In this document: positions 46,106-56,139 of the stretch, piece by piece
How the letters are laid out: the number at the start of each line of letters is the position of its first letter
Position numbering within the stretch: position 1 is the first letter of the stretch
Notes under the pieces: model-generated
Told to the model about the DNA's origin: nothing
Databases searched by the model: none
Seen by the model: only the letters and a program-made list of their open reading frames with translations
NCBI GenBank assembly: GCA_001871075.1
Contig: MNUP01000123.1
Location: 1-58,779, forward strand
Reading direction: 5' to 3'
DNA: 58,779 nucleotides
Source of the DNA: Candidatus Desantisbacteria bacterium CG1_02_49_89
Lineage (GTDB): Bacteria > Desantisbacteria > UBA1551
Translations under genes and position numbers: made by a program

Positions 46106-46993
46106 ATGATTTCGACACCGCTGGTAAAGAGAATAATATGGATGGCGCTGAAAGAGGATATCGGCGCGGGTGACGTTACAACCAATTCGCTTGTCCCGAA
46201 GGGCGCGAAAGCAAGGGCCCGCCTCTACGCGCGCGAAGACGGCATTATCGCGGGCCTGGATATCGCTATCGATATATTCCGCCACCTTGACGGGAATATA
46301 AAGGCTGAAAAATTCGTGGAAGACGGCGCGAAGGTGAGAAAAAACCAGCCGCTTGCCGAGATCAGGGGAAGCACAAGAGCGCTGCTTTCAGGGGAACGCA
46401 CCGCGCTTAATTTTCTCCAGAGCCTGTCAGGCGTGGCAACGCTTACAGGCAAATACGTTGACGTGGTAAAGCCCTGCAGGGTGAAGATATTGACCACCCG
46501 CAAGACGACTCCGCTTCTCCGCATACTTGATAAATACGCCGTAAGGGTGGGGAAAGGGCATAACCACAGGATGGGGTTGTATGACATGGCCATGGTAAAG
46601 GACAATCACCTTAAAATACAAATGCAAAATGCAAAATGTAAAATGAAAAATGTAAAAGTAACGGATATTGTCAAAACACTGAGAAGAAAGATACCGAAAG
46701 GGATGAGGATAGAAGTAGAGGCGAAGAATATAAGGGAAGTAAGAGCGGCGCTGGAATCCGGGGCGGATATAATAATGCTGGATAACATGCATACGCGGGT
46801 GATGAGGAAAGCGGTGAATCTTATCCACCGGTCCTTCGGCTCACACGGGCACGTAAGGCCGATGATCGAGGCGAGCGGGAATGTCGGGCTGCACAACGTG
46901 AAGACGATCGCAAAGACGGGGGTTGACTGGATCTCGATAGGCAGGCTTACCCATTCAGCGCCGGCACTGGATATTTCCCTGGAAATAGTTTAA
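46106..46993 (+). CDS. nadC: Nicotinate-nucleotide pyrophosphorylase (carboxylating)
   Basis: EDIGAGDVTT, ERTALNF, TRKT, NHRMGLYD..VKDNH, IMLDNM, EASG and LTHSA motifs. Confidence 0.95.
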   Translation: MISTPLVKRIIWMALKEDIGAGDVTTNSLVPKGAKARARLYAREDGIIAGLDIAIDIFRHLDGNIKAEKFVEDGAKVRKNQPLAEIRGSTRALLSGERTALNFLQSLSGVATLTGKYVDVVKPCRVKILTTRKTTPLLRILDKYAVRVGKGHNHRMGLYDMAMVKDNHLKIQMQNAKCKMKNVKVTDIVKTLRRKIPKGMRIEVEAKNIREVRAALESGADIIMLDNMHTRVMRKAVNLIHRSFGSHGHVRPMIEASGNVGLHNVKTIAKTGVDWISIGRLTHSAPALDISLEIV

Positions 46994-47073
46994 AACAGAT
47001 GCTGGATACTGGATCCTAGATCCTAGATGAAGGAATTTTATTTAAATTGATTCCTTGATCCAGCATCCAGGAT

Positions 47074-47243
47074 CTAGTGTGGTGTTACATAAATCCCTTG
47101 ACATTTGATTCTGCTTTGAGTTGTCATTGCGAGCGACCAAAGGGAGCGTGGCAATCTCGATTTTTAGGTCGAGATTGCTTCGTCGTTAACACTCCTCGCA
47201 ATGACAGCCCAAATGTAAAGATCTGTTAGAGACACCACACTAG
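47074..47243. mobile_element. MITE-A copy 2
   Basis: Matches 64-233 except for one base in the left end. Inserted at the CTAG of a GATCCAG/CATCCAG heptamer array. Confidence 0.9.
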
Positions 47244-47281
47244 CATCCAGGATCAGCAGTGAACGATATGCGATAGGCGAT

Positions 47282-48109
47282 ATGCGACAAGCGAAATTAG
47301 AGATATTATTTCTGGGGACGGCTGCTGCCGAGGGATGGCCCGGGATCTTCTGCGAATGCGAGCCCTGCAGGAAGGCAAGGAAGCTGGGCGGGAAGAACAT
47401 ACGCATGAGGTCTTCCGTGCTGATCGGGGACACGTGCAAGGTGGACCTGCCTCCTGATGTCTACGCGCAGATGATCCGCGGGAAACTTGATTTTTCAAAA
47501 CTCGAGCGCCTTTTTATCACGCACGAGCATTCAGACCACTTTTGCCCGTCAGAGCTGGGTTACAGGTTCAAGCCGTTCGCGCATATTGACAGCGGCAGGA
47601 TCCTTGATGTTTACGGCAATTCAAGCGTTGCCCGCCAGCTCGGATCCGCGAAAGAAGTAATGGATAAAAGCAATATCCGCGTTCATGAAGTGAAACCTTT
47701 TGAGCCCATTGACGCGGGAGAAATTAAAGCGCTGCCGCTGCCCGCAGACCACTCGCCCGGAGCCCTTATCTATATTTTTCAAACCCGGGGCAGGACCGTG
47801 TTATACGGCCATGATTCGGGCTGGTTTCCTGAAGAGACCTGGAAAAAAATAGAAGAATTCAAGTTTGACGCGGCCATCCTGGACTGCACGAACGGCCCGG
47901 TCAATATGGAAGACAGATGGCACATGGGAATTAAGGGCGTGATAAAGGCCAGGGACCGCATGCTTAAAACGGGAACAGCAGGCCCCGGCACCAAATTCAT
48001 TGCTACGCATTTTTCGCATAACGGCGGCCTTTTGCATAACGAGTTGCGCCGGGAATTCAAGCCCGCGGGAATTATTGTCGCTTTTGACGGCCTTAAAATC
48101 TATTTGTAA
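47282..48109 (+). CDS. MBL-fold metallo-hydrolase (PhnP-like)
   Basis: FLGTAAAEG..CECEPC, THEHSDH, HDSG and THFSHN motifs. Confidence 0.88.
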   Translation: MRQAKLEILFLGTAAAEGWPGIFCECEPCRKARKLGGKNIRMRSSVLIGDTCKVDLPPDVYAQMIRGKLDFSKLERLFITHEHSDHFCPSELGYRFKPFAHIDSGRILDVYGNSSVARQLGSAKEVMDKSNIRVHEVKPFEPIDAGEIKALPLPADHSPGALIYIFQTRGRTVLYGHDSGWFPEETWKKIEEFKFDAAILDCTNGPVNMEDRWHMGIKGVIKARDRMLKTGTAGPGTKFIATHFSHNGGLLHNELRREFKPAGIIVAFDGLKIYL

Positions 48110-48252
48110 ATCGTGTCAACGTGTCAGAGTGTCAGCGTATCAGCGTAAATTCAATTAAAACGACCTAAATGCTAATTTATTTAAATATAGATCCTTGTTT
48201 CTGCGTTGACACGTTGATACGTTGACACATTGATACGCTTTTGGGGGGTAAA

Positions 48253-48948
48253 ATGACGGAAAAAATGAGGAATTTTACGGTACTTATGCTCGTAGTGCTC
48301 GTGCTTATGCTGGTACTCATACAGAAGGAAAGGGAGGCGAAAGAAATAGAAAAGAGCAGCGCTTCCCAGGTTATCCAGCTGCCCCAGCCCGTGAAAAAAG
48401 GCGGGTTCTCCGTTGAAGCCGCGATCCTGAAACGCAGGTCAAGAAGGGAATTCAGCGGCCAGGCGCTTAAATGCGAGCAGGTATCGCAGCTTCTCTGGGC
48501 TGCCCAGGGCATAACCGACCCTGACGGATCTATGCGGGCCGTACCCTCGGCAGGCGCCCTTTACCCCCTTGAGATCTACGCCGTTTGCCCTGAATCAACT
48601 TACCATTATCTTCCGAAAGAACACTCCCTGGAAAGGATCTCGGACAAGGACCTGCGGTCCGATCTCAGCAACGCGGCAATGGGCCAGACCAGCATACTGG
48701 ACGCGCCGATGGACATAGTCATAACCGCGGTTTTTGAAAGGACTACGGCGAAATACGGGGAAAGAGGGATCAGGTACGCGCATATGGAGGCAGGCCACTG
48801 CGCGCAGAACATCCAGCTGCAGGCAGTCGCACTCGGGCTGGGCTCTGTGCCTGTAGGTGCGTTTTCAGACGACGGGGTTTCAAAGGTTCTGGGGCTTCCG
48901 GCAGAATGCAAGCCGCTGTACATAATACCGGTGGGATACCCGCAGTGA
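48253..48948 (+). CDS. SagB/ThcOx-type nitroreductase-family protein with an N-terminal TM segment
   Basis: RRSRREF, LLWAAQG, PSAGALYPLE and EAGHCAQN motifs. Confidence 0.88.
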   Translation: MTEKMRNFTVLMLVVLVLMLVLIQKEREAKEIEKSSASQVIQLPQPVKKGGFSVEAAILKRRSRREFSGQALKCEQVSQLLWAAQGITDPDGSMRAVPSAGALYPLEIYAVCPESTYHYLPKEHSLERISDKDLRSDLSNAAMGQTSILDAPMDIVITAVFERTTAKYGERGIRYAHMEAGHCAQNIQLQAVALGLGSVPVGAFSDDGVSKVLGLPAECKPLYIIPVGYPQ

Positions 48949-49082
48949 TTATTTAATTATGAATTATGAATGATGAGTTATGAGTTAAAAACAAGGTATT
49001 TAATTTGAATAAAATTCCATGCTGTTAATTCATAATTCATAACTCATAATTCATAATTTCAGTAGAAAATAGAGGAGATAGA

Positions 49083-50225
49083 ATGACTTCGAGAGAAAGG
49101 CTGTTAACCGCTCTCAGGGGCAAGATGCCGGATAGGGTCCCGGCGAACCTTTATGAGATCAACCCCTGGGCAGAAGGGAGCTTTTACACGACCGAGTCAA
49201 GCTGGAAAGGGCTGGTCGGTTTTCTGAAGGAAAATTCAGACCCGTTCGGGTGGGGAGGGGTGAACCTGGGTTCGTTCCATTCCGATCCCGCCAAAATAAA
49301 GATCAGCAGCAAAACAAGGCAGGAAGGCAATTCAACCTTCATCAGCTGCGTTATAGAGACGCCGAAAGGCCCGCTGACAACCGAATCCAGGACAGACGCG
49401 GGAGTTGCCACAAGCTGGGCGCTCAAGCATATGATCGAAAACGACGAGGACATAGAGAAATTCCTTTCCATAGAATACGAGCCGTTCCAGCCCGACCTGG
49501 CGGAGTTTTATAAACTCGAAGAAGTTATGAAAAAGGACGGCAGGGGCGTAATGCTCATTTCCCTGGGAGACGCGGTCGGGGAAGCCGCGGGAATGATGGA
49601 TTTTGAATTCTTCGCCACGAAATCCGTGGAAGATAAAAAGACGATGATGGAGCTCATAGATACCTGCCAGCAGAGGTGGCTTGCCCAGTATGATTACATG
49701 GCAAAGAACGTCAGGGACACTGTTTTCAGGATATGCGGCCCGGAATACGTGACCCCGCCTCTCATGCCGCCTTCATACTTCCATGATTTCGTTGCGGCGC
49801 CGGACAGGGAGCTTTCGAGGGCGATCCGAAAGCACAGCGGAAATAACAATTTTGTATGCATACACTCGCACAGCAAGATAGTCCGGCTCCTGGATGAGAT
49901 CGCCTCGATAGAAATTGACGTTCTTGAGCCGGTTGAATCCCTTCCAGCGACCACGGCTGACACAACCCTGAAGGAAGTCCGTGACAAGCTGGGGAGCAGG
50001 GTTTGCCTGATGGGCAATATTCAGACAAGGTATATTGACTGGAGCCCAAAAGAGGAACTCGACGCGTTTATAAAGACGGCGATATACGAGGGCGGGGCAA
50101 AAGGCGGTTTCGTGCTGATACCGACGGGCGCCCCGATAGTCTCGCCGCTTCCTGAAAAGACAGTTGAGAATATACACCAGTATTTCGAGTCCGCCCGCAA
50201 ATACGGGCATTATCCGTTAAAATAA
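49083..50225 (+). CDS. Uroporphyrinogen decarboxylase-like protein
   Basis: MTSRERLL..PDRVP, IETPKGPL, GPEYVTPP, IHSH and LMGNI motifs. Confidence 0.8.
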   Translation: MTSRERLLTALRGKMPDRVPANLYEINPWAEGSFYTTESSWKGLVGFLKENSDPFGWGGVNLGSFHSDPAKIKISSKTRQEGNSTFISCVIETPKGPLTTESRTDAGVATSWALKHMIENDEDIEKFLSIEYEPFQPDLAEFYKLEEVMKKDGRGVMLISLGDAVGEAAGMMDFEFFATKSVEDKKTMMELIDTCQQRWLAQYDYMAKNVRDTVFRICGPEYVTPPLMPPSYFHDFVAAPDRELSRAIRKHSGNNNFVCIHSHSKIVRLLDEIASIEIDVLEPVESLPATTADTTLKEVRDKLGSRVCLMGNIQTRYIDWSPKEELDAFIKTAIYEGGAKGGFVLIPTGAPIVSPLPEKTVENIHQYFESARKYGHYPLK

Positions 50226-50230
50226 AAATA

Positions 50231-50313
50231 AACCACGGAGGCACTGAGGCACGGAGAATTATTAGAGCCATAGAGTCAAAGTAGAAACTCTGTGTCTCCG
50301 TGTCTCTGTGGTT
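50231..50313. repeat. Empty 9-mer inverted tandem-repeat element
   Basis: ACCACGGAGGCACTGAGGCACGGAG ... CTCTGTGTCTCCGTGTCTCTGTGGT. Confidence 0.75.
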
Positions 50314-50327
50314 ATTCTGGAGGATTT

Positions 50328-51596
50328 ATGATTGATATGAAATTCATAAGGGAAAACGCGGAGCTGATAAGGAAGAACCTGCAGGACCGGGGTAACAAGC
50401 TCAACCTTGACGAGCTGCTCGGTATGGACGAGGAAAGAAGAAAGCTCATTAAAAAGGCGGAGGAACTGAAATTCAAAAGGAACGTGGATTCGGAAAAGAT
50501 CGCGCAGCTCAAAAAAGAAAAGAAGGACGCGGACGCTCTCATCAAAGAAATGAAGGAGATAGGTGACGAGATCAAAAAGCTGGACGGAGAGCTTGGCGTG
50601 TACGAGAAGAAAGTGAACGATATGCTCCTTCTGATCCCCAATATTCCGGACCCGTCGGTTCCGGTAAGCACGGACCCGAAGGACAACAGGGAAGTAAGGA
50701 CCTGGGGGAAGAAACCGGAGTTCGATTTCCAGCCGCGGCCGCACTGGGACATAGGGGAGGCCCTGGGCATACTGGACCTTGGCAGGGCGTCCAAGATAAC
50801 CGGCGCGCACTTCGCTATTTACAAAGGGCTGGGAGCGAAACTTGAAAGGGCGCTGATCAATTTCATGCTGGACCTGCATATAGACAAACACGGTTATAAG
50901 GAAATATGGCCCCCTATTCTGGTAAACCGTGGGTGCATCACAGGCACAGGCCAGCTGCCAAAGTATGAGGAGGATATGTACCGCTGCGACCTGGATGACA
51001 TATTCCCGATCCCAACCGCGGAGGTCCCGCTTACGGGATTCCATAAGGATGAGGTGCTGGAAGAAAAAGACCTGCCGGTTTACTACACGGCGTATACGCC
51101 CTGTTTCAGGAGGGAGGCGGGTTCATACGGAAAGGATACCAGGGGTCTTCTGCGCGTCCACCAGTTTGACAAGGTGGAAATGGTGAAGCTGACAAAGCCG
51201 GAAGATTCTGACGCGGAACATGAGAAAATGGTGCAGAATGCGGAAGAGGTTATACAGCTGCTCAAGCTCCCGTACAGGGTTATACTTTTATGCACCGTGG
51301 AGATAGGTTTTTCGGCGCGCAAGTGCTATGACCTTGAAATATGGGCGCCTGCGCAGAACAGATGGCTTGAATCTTCTTCTTGCTCGAACTGCGGGGATTT
51401 CCAGGCGCGCAGGCTGAACATAAGATACAGGAAGAAAGACGGAAAAACGGAGCTCGTCCACACCCTTAACGGTTCCGGAATAGCCCTTGCCCGCACCTTT
51501 GCCGCGATACTCGAGAATTACCAGCAGAAAGACGGCTCTGTGATCGTGCCGGATGTCCTGAAGCCGTATATGGGCGGCGTTGACGTGATCAAATAA
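50328..51596 (+). CDS. serS: Serine--tRNA ligase
   Basis: PNIP, GTGQLPK, PTAEVPL, CFRREAGSYGKDTRGLLRVHQFDKVE and HTLNGSG motifs. Confidence 0.98.
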   Translation: MIDMKFIRENAELIRKNLQDRGNKLNLDELLGMDEERRKLIKKAEELKFKRNVDSEKIAQLKKEKKDADALIKEMKEIGDEIKKLDGELGVYEKKVNDMLLLIPNIPDPSVPVSTDPKDNREVRTWGKKPEFDFQPRPHWDIGEALGILDLGRASKITGAHFAIYKGLGAKLERALINFMLDLHIDKHGYKEIWPPILVNRGCITGTGQLPKYEEDMYRCDLDDIFPIPTAEVPLTGFHKDEVLEEKDLPVYYTAYTPCFRREAGSYGKDTRGLLRVHQFDKVEMVKLTKPEDSDAEHEKMVQNAEEVIQLLKLPYRVILLCTVEIGFSARKCYDLEIWAPAQNRWLESSSCSNCGDFQARRLNIRYRKKDGKTELVHTLNGSGIALARTFAAILENYQQKDGSVIVPDVLKPYMGGVDVIK

Positions 51597-51676
51597 TACA
51601 TTGCAAAAGTCAAAATGCAAAATGTAAAATGCAAATTGAAAAGATTGTCACGAAGGCACGGAGAAAACCATAAAAA

Positions 51677-52630
51677 ATGAAAGACATATACAAACGGTTG
51701 ATAATATATTCCGCGGTTGCCGCGTTTTCCATTTATGCGTATTCCCTCTGGGATAAATTCAACTGGAAGGGTTATACTACAAAGCTGGAAGGTTACCGAT
51801 ATACCATATATTCAGACCTGCCGCGCGAAGACCTTGATATTTACGCGAAGATATGCGAAAGCCTGAAGTCCTATTTTGAGCGCAAGTTTTTCAGCACCGG
51901 AACAAAAAAGGTAAAGATCTACCTGTTTGCCACAGCGGATTCATATAACAGGTACCTGAAAAGACTCGGAAGGTTTGCCCCTGAAACCGAATACGGGTTC
52001 TACAAGCTCGGAAGAGCGCTTATAGCTTTTGACAGCACAAAAGGGCTTGGTACTTTTACCCACGAACTGTCGCACCATTTCATTAACACTTCGGACATGA
52101 AACTGCCTGTCTGGCTTGACGAAGGTTTTTCTGCGTTCTTTGAGAAGTTCATCGGAATATACCAGAAAGATGGCTCGATCCTGTTGACATTCGGTTATGT
52201 TTCGCCTGAAAGGTTCAGCGAGGCATGGCATCTTAAGGCCGCGGGCAGGTTGAAGCTCCAGCCGCTATTCAGCGAAAAATTCCCAAACGAATCGCTTGCC
52301 TGCAATTTTGTGCTGTTCGCGTTTGACAATGACAGGTTGAAAAGACTGCTCAATAACACCGTCCTGGAGAAAGACAGCGTGAAGCTGGTTGAGGAAACTT
52401 TCCACAAGCCCCTTCGGGATGTTGAAGCGGAATGGGACAAATGGATGGAAGAGGCGAAGAAAAGGCCTGAGATCCCCTGGATCGCGGAAAACAGGATATT
52501 CACATATGAACAGCTGGAAGATGAAATGCATAAGTTCTACCCGCCTTTAAGGTTTGACCGTGATAAGGAAAGGTTCTTATACGATTGGAAAGTCTTTCAT
52601 TTCAAAGACGAACAACGCCTTCCTTTTTAA
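51677..52630 (+). CDS. Putative zincin-like protein (HExxH)
   Basis: FTHELSHHF..PVWLDEGFS, with an N-terminal TM segment. Confidence 0.65.
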   Translation: MKDIYKRLIIYSAVAAFSIYAYSLWDKFNWKGYTTKLEGYRYTIYSDLPREDLDIYAKICESLKSYFERKFFSTGTKKVKIYLFATADSYNRYLKRLGRFAPETEYGFYKLGRALIAFDSTKGLGTFTHELSHHFINTSDMKLPVWLDEGFSAFFEKFIGIYQKDGSILLTFGYVSPERFSEAWHLKAAGRLKLQPLFSEKFPNESLACNFVLFAFDNDRLKRLLNNTVLEKDSVKLVEETFHKPLRDVEAEWDKWMEEAKKRPEIPWIAENRIFTYEQLEDEMHKFYPPLRFDRDKERFLYDWKVFHFKDEQRLPF

Positions 52631-52712
52631 GTAGTTGAAAGTTGAAAGCTAATCTAAAAATAGTTCCTTCATTCATAATTCATAACTCATAATTCATAAT
52701 TGGGGGTAGAAT

Positions 52713-53264
52713 ATGAAAGTTCTGGCGATACTGGGGAGCCGCAATCCTGACGGGCAGACCGCGAAAGCGGTAAAGGCCTTGCTTGCGGGTGTGGAAGAAG
52801 CAGGGGCGCAGATGGAGCAGGTGTTCCTCCCGCAGATAAAAATAGAGCACTGCGAGCAGGAGGGCAAGGATGGCTGGGGTTTATGCACAAAAGAGGGGAA
52901 GTGCGTTTTAAAGGACGATTTTGCCTCGGTGGCTGAAAAGATCAGGAATGCAGACGCAGTTGTGTTTGCAACGCCGGTATACTTTAGTGATCTGAGCGAA
53001 AGCCTGCGGGCTTTCCTGGACCGCCTGCGCAGGATATGTATGCACGAAAACGGCAGAAAAGGGATAGGCGGAAAAGACACAGTCGGCGTGTGCGTTGCCG
53101 GAGGAGGAGGCGGCGGGGCTCCGGAATGCTGTGCCAGTCTTCAGAAAATACTTGGTATAATCGGTTTTAACGTCATAGACATTATCCCGGCGCGCAGGCA
53201 GAACCTGGACATGAAGACGAAGGTGCTGAAGATCGTGGGCAAATGGCTTGTCACGCAAAAATAA
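52713..53264 (+). CDS. Flavodoxin-like / NADPH-dependent FMN reductase family protein
   Basis: GSRNPDGQT, CVLKDDF, ADAVVFATPVYF and FLDRL motifs. Confidence 0.88.
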   Translation: MKVLAILGSRNPDGQTAKAVKALLAGVEEAGAQMEQVFLPQIKIEHCEQEGKDGWGLCTKEGKCVLKDDFASVAEKIRNADAVVFATPVYFSDLSESLRAFLDRLRRICMHENGRKGIGGKDTVGVCVAGGGGGGAPECCASLQKILGIIGFNVIDIIPARRQNLDMKTKVLKIVGKWLVTQK

Positions 53265-53396
53265 ACCACAGAGGCCACTGAGAAAAATCTTTCGCCACTG
53301 AGAGCACTGAAGGCACTGAGTTTTTGTAACTCAAACCTTCAGGTTTGACGGTAGATTATTAAATATAAGATTCAATATTTAATAAAAAGAGAGAAA

Positions 53397-54462
53397 ATGA
53401 AGAAAATATTTTTAATAACAATTACTACTTTTTGTTTAGCAGCTAACTTATACTCAGCTAAAAAAGTGGTTGTTGTTGGTGATAAATTAAATGTATATTC
53501 AGAAAATGGTAGTGAATTATTTGAAATAGATTTACATGTTCAACCATTCGATATAAAGATTTTTTCAGAAGAGAGTCATGCAGATTGTAAGAGCTATTAT
53601 GATAATGGCAAGGTAAAAAGAATCGAATATTTCTTTAGAAAAAAACCAGCAGGATTTGTTGATTTTACCAGAACTGGCGAGATTAAAAAAGCTTTTATTA
53701 TCTATAAAACTGGATTTGAAACTGATATATACTATGGTGGCGGAAGACAAGTTAAGGAGATAATTAAAAATGTAGGTTTAATCAGAAAAGGATATCCTGC
53801 AGAATATCACTATTTCTTTTCTATGAGAGGGGAATTGAATAGAATAGATTTGTATTATAAAGAATCCGAACAGTTTTACATTCTTAAAGAGGATATTCTT
53901 TTTGAAGGCAAGAAGGCAATAATAAGGAATGTTTTAAATATTAGAGATGAAGAATATAGGGTCTATTCATGCGTAATTGATGAATTTGAGAAGCGTCCAG
54001 AAAAATCGAAATGGAAATTTTTAGTTGTTCAAGATGAAACCACATTATATTTTAATGATAAATTTAGCCAAAAAACGGTAGATTTTTTTGAAAAAGAATC
54101 AAAAGAAAAATTGTCAGAAGATATTATTGCGGATTTTTCAAACCAAAATAAAAGACCGGAGACCTTATAAATTATCAAATAAATTTAAAACAAATGTAAA
54201 TATATTTTTAATTTCAAAGGAAAGTAAAGAAGAAATTTTTAATAGAGAGAAAGGATGGGAATATTTTTACAAAATATATCCCGATTCCACTGGTATAGCG
54301 GAGATTTCTAGGGTAGGATTTAATAGAACTGAGGACACAGCCTTTGTTTATTATGGAATCAGTTTTGATTATGGACACGGTGGAATAGGGTATTATATAT
54401 TATTGAATAAAATAAATGACAAGTGGGAAATTGTAAAAAAAGTAATGGTATGGATAGCATAA
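53397..54462 (+). pseudogene. AT-rich secreted hypothetical protein, frameshifted near 54160
   Basis: Signal peptide in 53397-54170. The C-terminal GWEYFYKIYP..SRVGFN..WIA domain continues in another frame (54088-54462). Confidence 0.6.
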
Positions 54463-54657
54463 TAAATTGAGTGATAGACAGAATTAATATAGCTTTTTAA
54501 TTTTAATTCTCTCAGGGCTGAAGCCCTGAGTTACAATTTCTCAGTGAATTCAGTGCGTTAGTCCCTGCGTTTAGGTTTGAATAAACAAACCTGCAGGGGT
54601 CCTCAGTGGCAAAGTGTATTTCTCTGTGTCTCCGTGCCTCTGTGGTGAGGAGTTTAC

Positions 54658-56058
54658 ATGAAAGATATTCTTGAAGCTATACGCGACAGGGCGAAGAAGA
54701 AGGGCGTCAGTTTCATGGACGCGAGGTTCGTCGAGAACGAATCCACAAGCATCAGCCTGCAGGACGGCAAGGCGGACAAGGTATCGTCAGGCAAAAGCGC
54801 GGGCATCGGCGTAAGGGTTATTTCAAGCGGCGCCTGGGGTTTCGCGACAACCAACGAGACCGCGCTGAAAAGCGCTGAGGATTGCCTTGACCAGGCGATA
54901 AGCATGGCAGACGCGTCCGCTGAAAAAGGCAGGGTCGTGGAGGTAGCAAAGGTAAGCCCGGTGATCGACGCGGTGAAGGCGAAATTTGAGATCGACCCCC
55001 GCTCCGTCCCTTTTAAGGAAAAGGTGGACAAAGTCGTCATGTTCGAGAGCGAGGCAAGAAAGGTTGCCCCGGAAAAAATATCCAATACGATCGCCGGGTA
55101 CGGCGATATCTGGCAGAGGGAAGTGATCTGCAACACGTACGGGACCCTTGTGGAGAATGAATATGTCCGCACCCATACATATATAATGGTTGTTACAAAA
55201 GAAGGGGCGCTAAGGCAAAGGGCGTCCGAGCACGACGCGATTGTCGGCGGATTTGAGCTTATCAGAAGGATAGAGCCGGAAAATTTCAGCGTGAAGGCCG
55301 CAAAAAGGGCTGTGGCGCTGCTGAGCGCGAAAAGGGCGCCTTCGGGCATGTTTCCTGTGCTCCTGCACCCGGATATTGTTGGCCTTTTCACCCACGAAGC
55401 TATCGGGCATAACGCGGAGGCGGACGGGGTTATGGCAGGCGTGTCTATACTTGAGGGAAGGGTCGGGCAGAAAGTGGCTTCAGAACTCGTGACGATAGTT
55501 GACGACGCGACTATTGAAGGAATGTGGGGGTCATATAAATACGATTCAGAAGGAGTTCCCGGCAGGAGAAGGGTCCTTGTCGAAAACGGGGTGTTAAAAG
55601 GTTTCATGCACAGCCTTGAAACCGCCGCGAAATTCAACGCTGAGCCCAACGGGAGCGCGAGGGCTCAGAATTTCAATAACAGGCCTATCGTGCGAATGAG
55701 CAATACGAATATCCAACCCGGTAAACAGCCTTACGCGGAACTTCTGAAAAGCATTGACAACGGAGTTATGCTGACCAAGGGGCTGGGGGGTTACGTGAAC
55801 CCTAACAAAGGGCAGTTCACGTTCAGCGCGGGTGAGGGCTGGATGATACGGAAAGGCGAGCTTGCAGAGCACATAAGGGACGTGAATATGTCCGGTATCC
55901 TGCTTGAAACCCTGCAGAAAATTGACGGCGTCTCGAAGGAATATGACCCGGATACACTTAAGGGCGGGATGTGCGGCAAGGGCGGCCAGGGAATGTTTGT
56001 TGGCGCCGGCGGTCCGTATGTCCGGGTGAAGGAACTGATGATAGGCGGCCAGGAGTGA
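54658..56058 (+). CDS. tldD: TldD metalloprotease
   Basis: GAWGFA, HEAIGHNAEAD, DSEGV, PIVRMSNT and CGKGGQ motifs. Confidence 0.93.
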   Translation: MKDILEAIRDRAKKKGVSFMDARFVENESTSISLQDGKADKVSSGKSAGIGVRVISSGAWGFATTNETALKSAEDCLDQAISMADASAEKGRVVEVAKVSPVIDAVKAKFEIDPRSVPFKEKVDKVVMFESEARKVAPEKISNTIAGYGDIWQREVICNTYGTLVENEYVRTHTYIMVVTKEGALRQRASEHDAIVGGFELIRRIEPENFSVKAAKRAVALLSAKRAPSGMFPVLLHPDIVGLFTHEAIGHNAEADGVMAGVSILEGRVGQKVASELVTIVDDATIEGMWGSYKYDSEGVPGRRRVLVENGVLKGFMHSLETAAKFNAEPNGSARAQNFNNRPIVRMSNTNIQPGKQPYAELLKSIDNGVMLTKGLGGYVNPNKGQFTFSAGEGWMIRKGELAEHIRDVNMSGILLETLQKIDGVSKEYDPDTLKGGMCGKGGQGMFVGAGGPYVRVKELMIGGQE

Positions 56059-56139
56059 CTTCAGCTGAAAGCTGAAAGTCAAAATCCTTAATAATCGGCG
56101 TAATCGTTATTTAAAAATCTGTGTAATCGGTGGAAAAAT

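Noticed and set aside
50226-50327. T-box leader before serS (also checked before valS)
   Set aside because: The spacer is too short, has no T-box motif, and is filled by an inverted 9-mer element.
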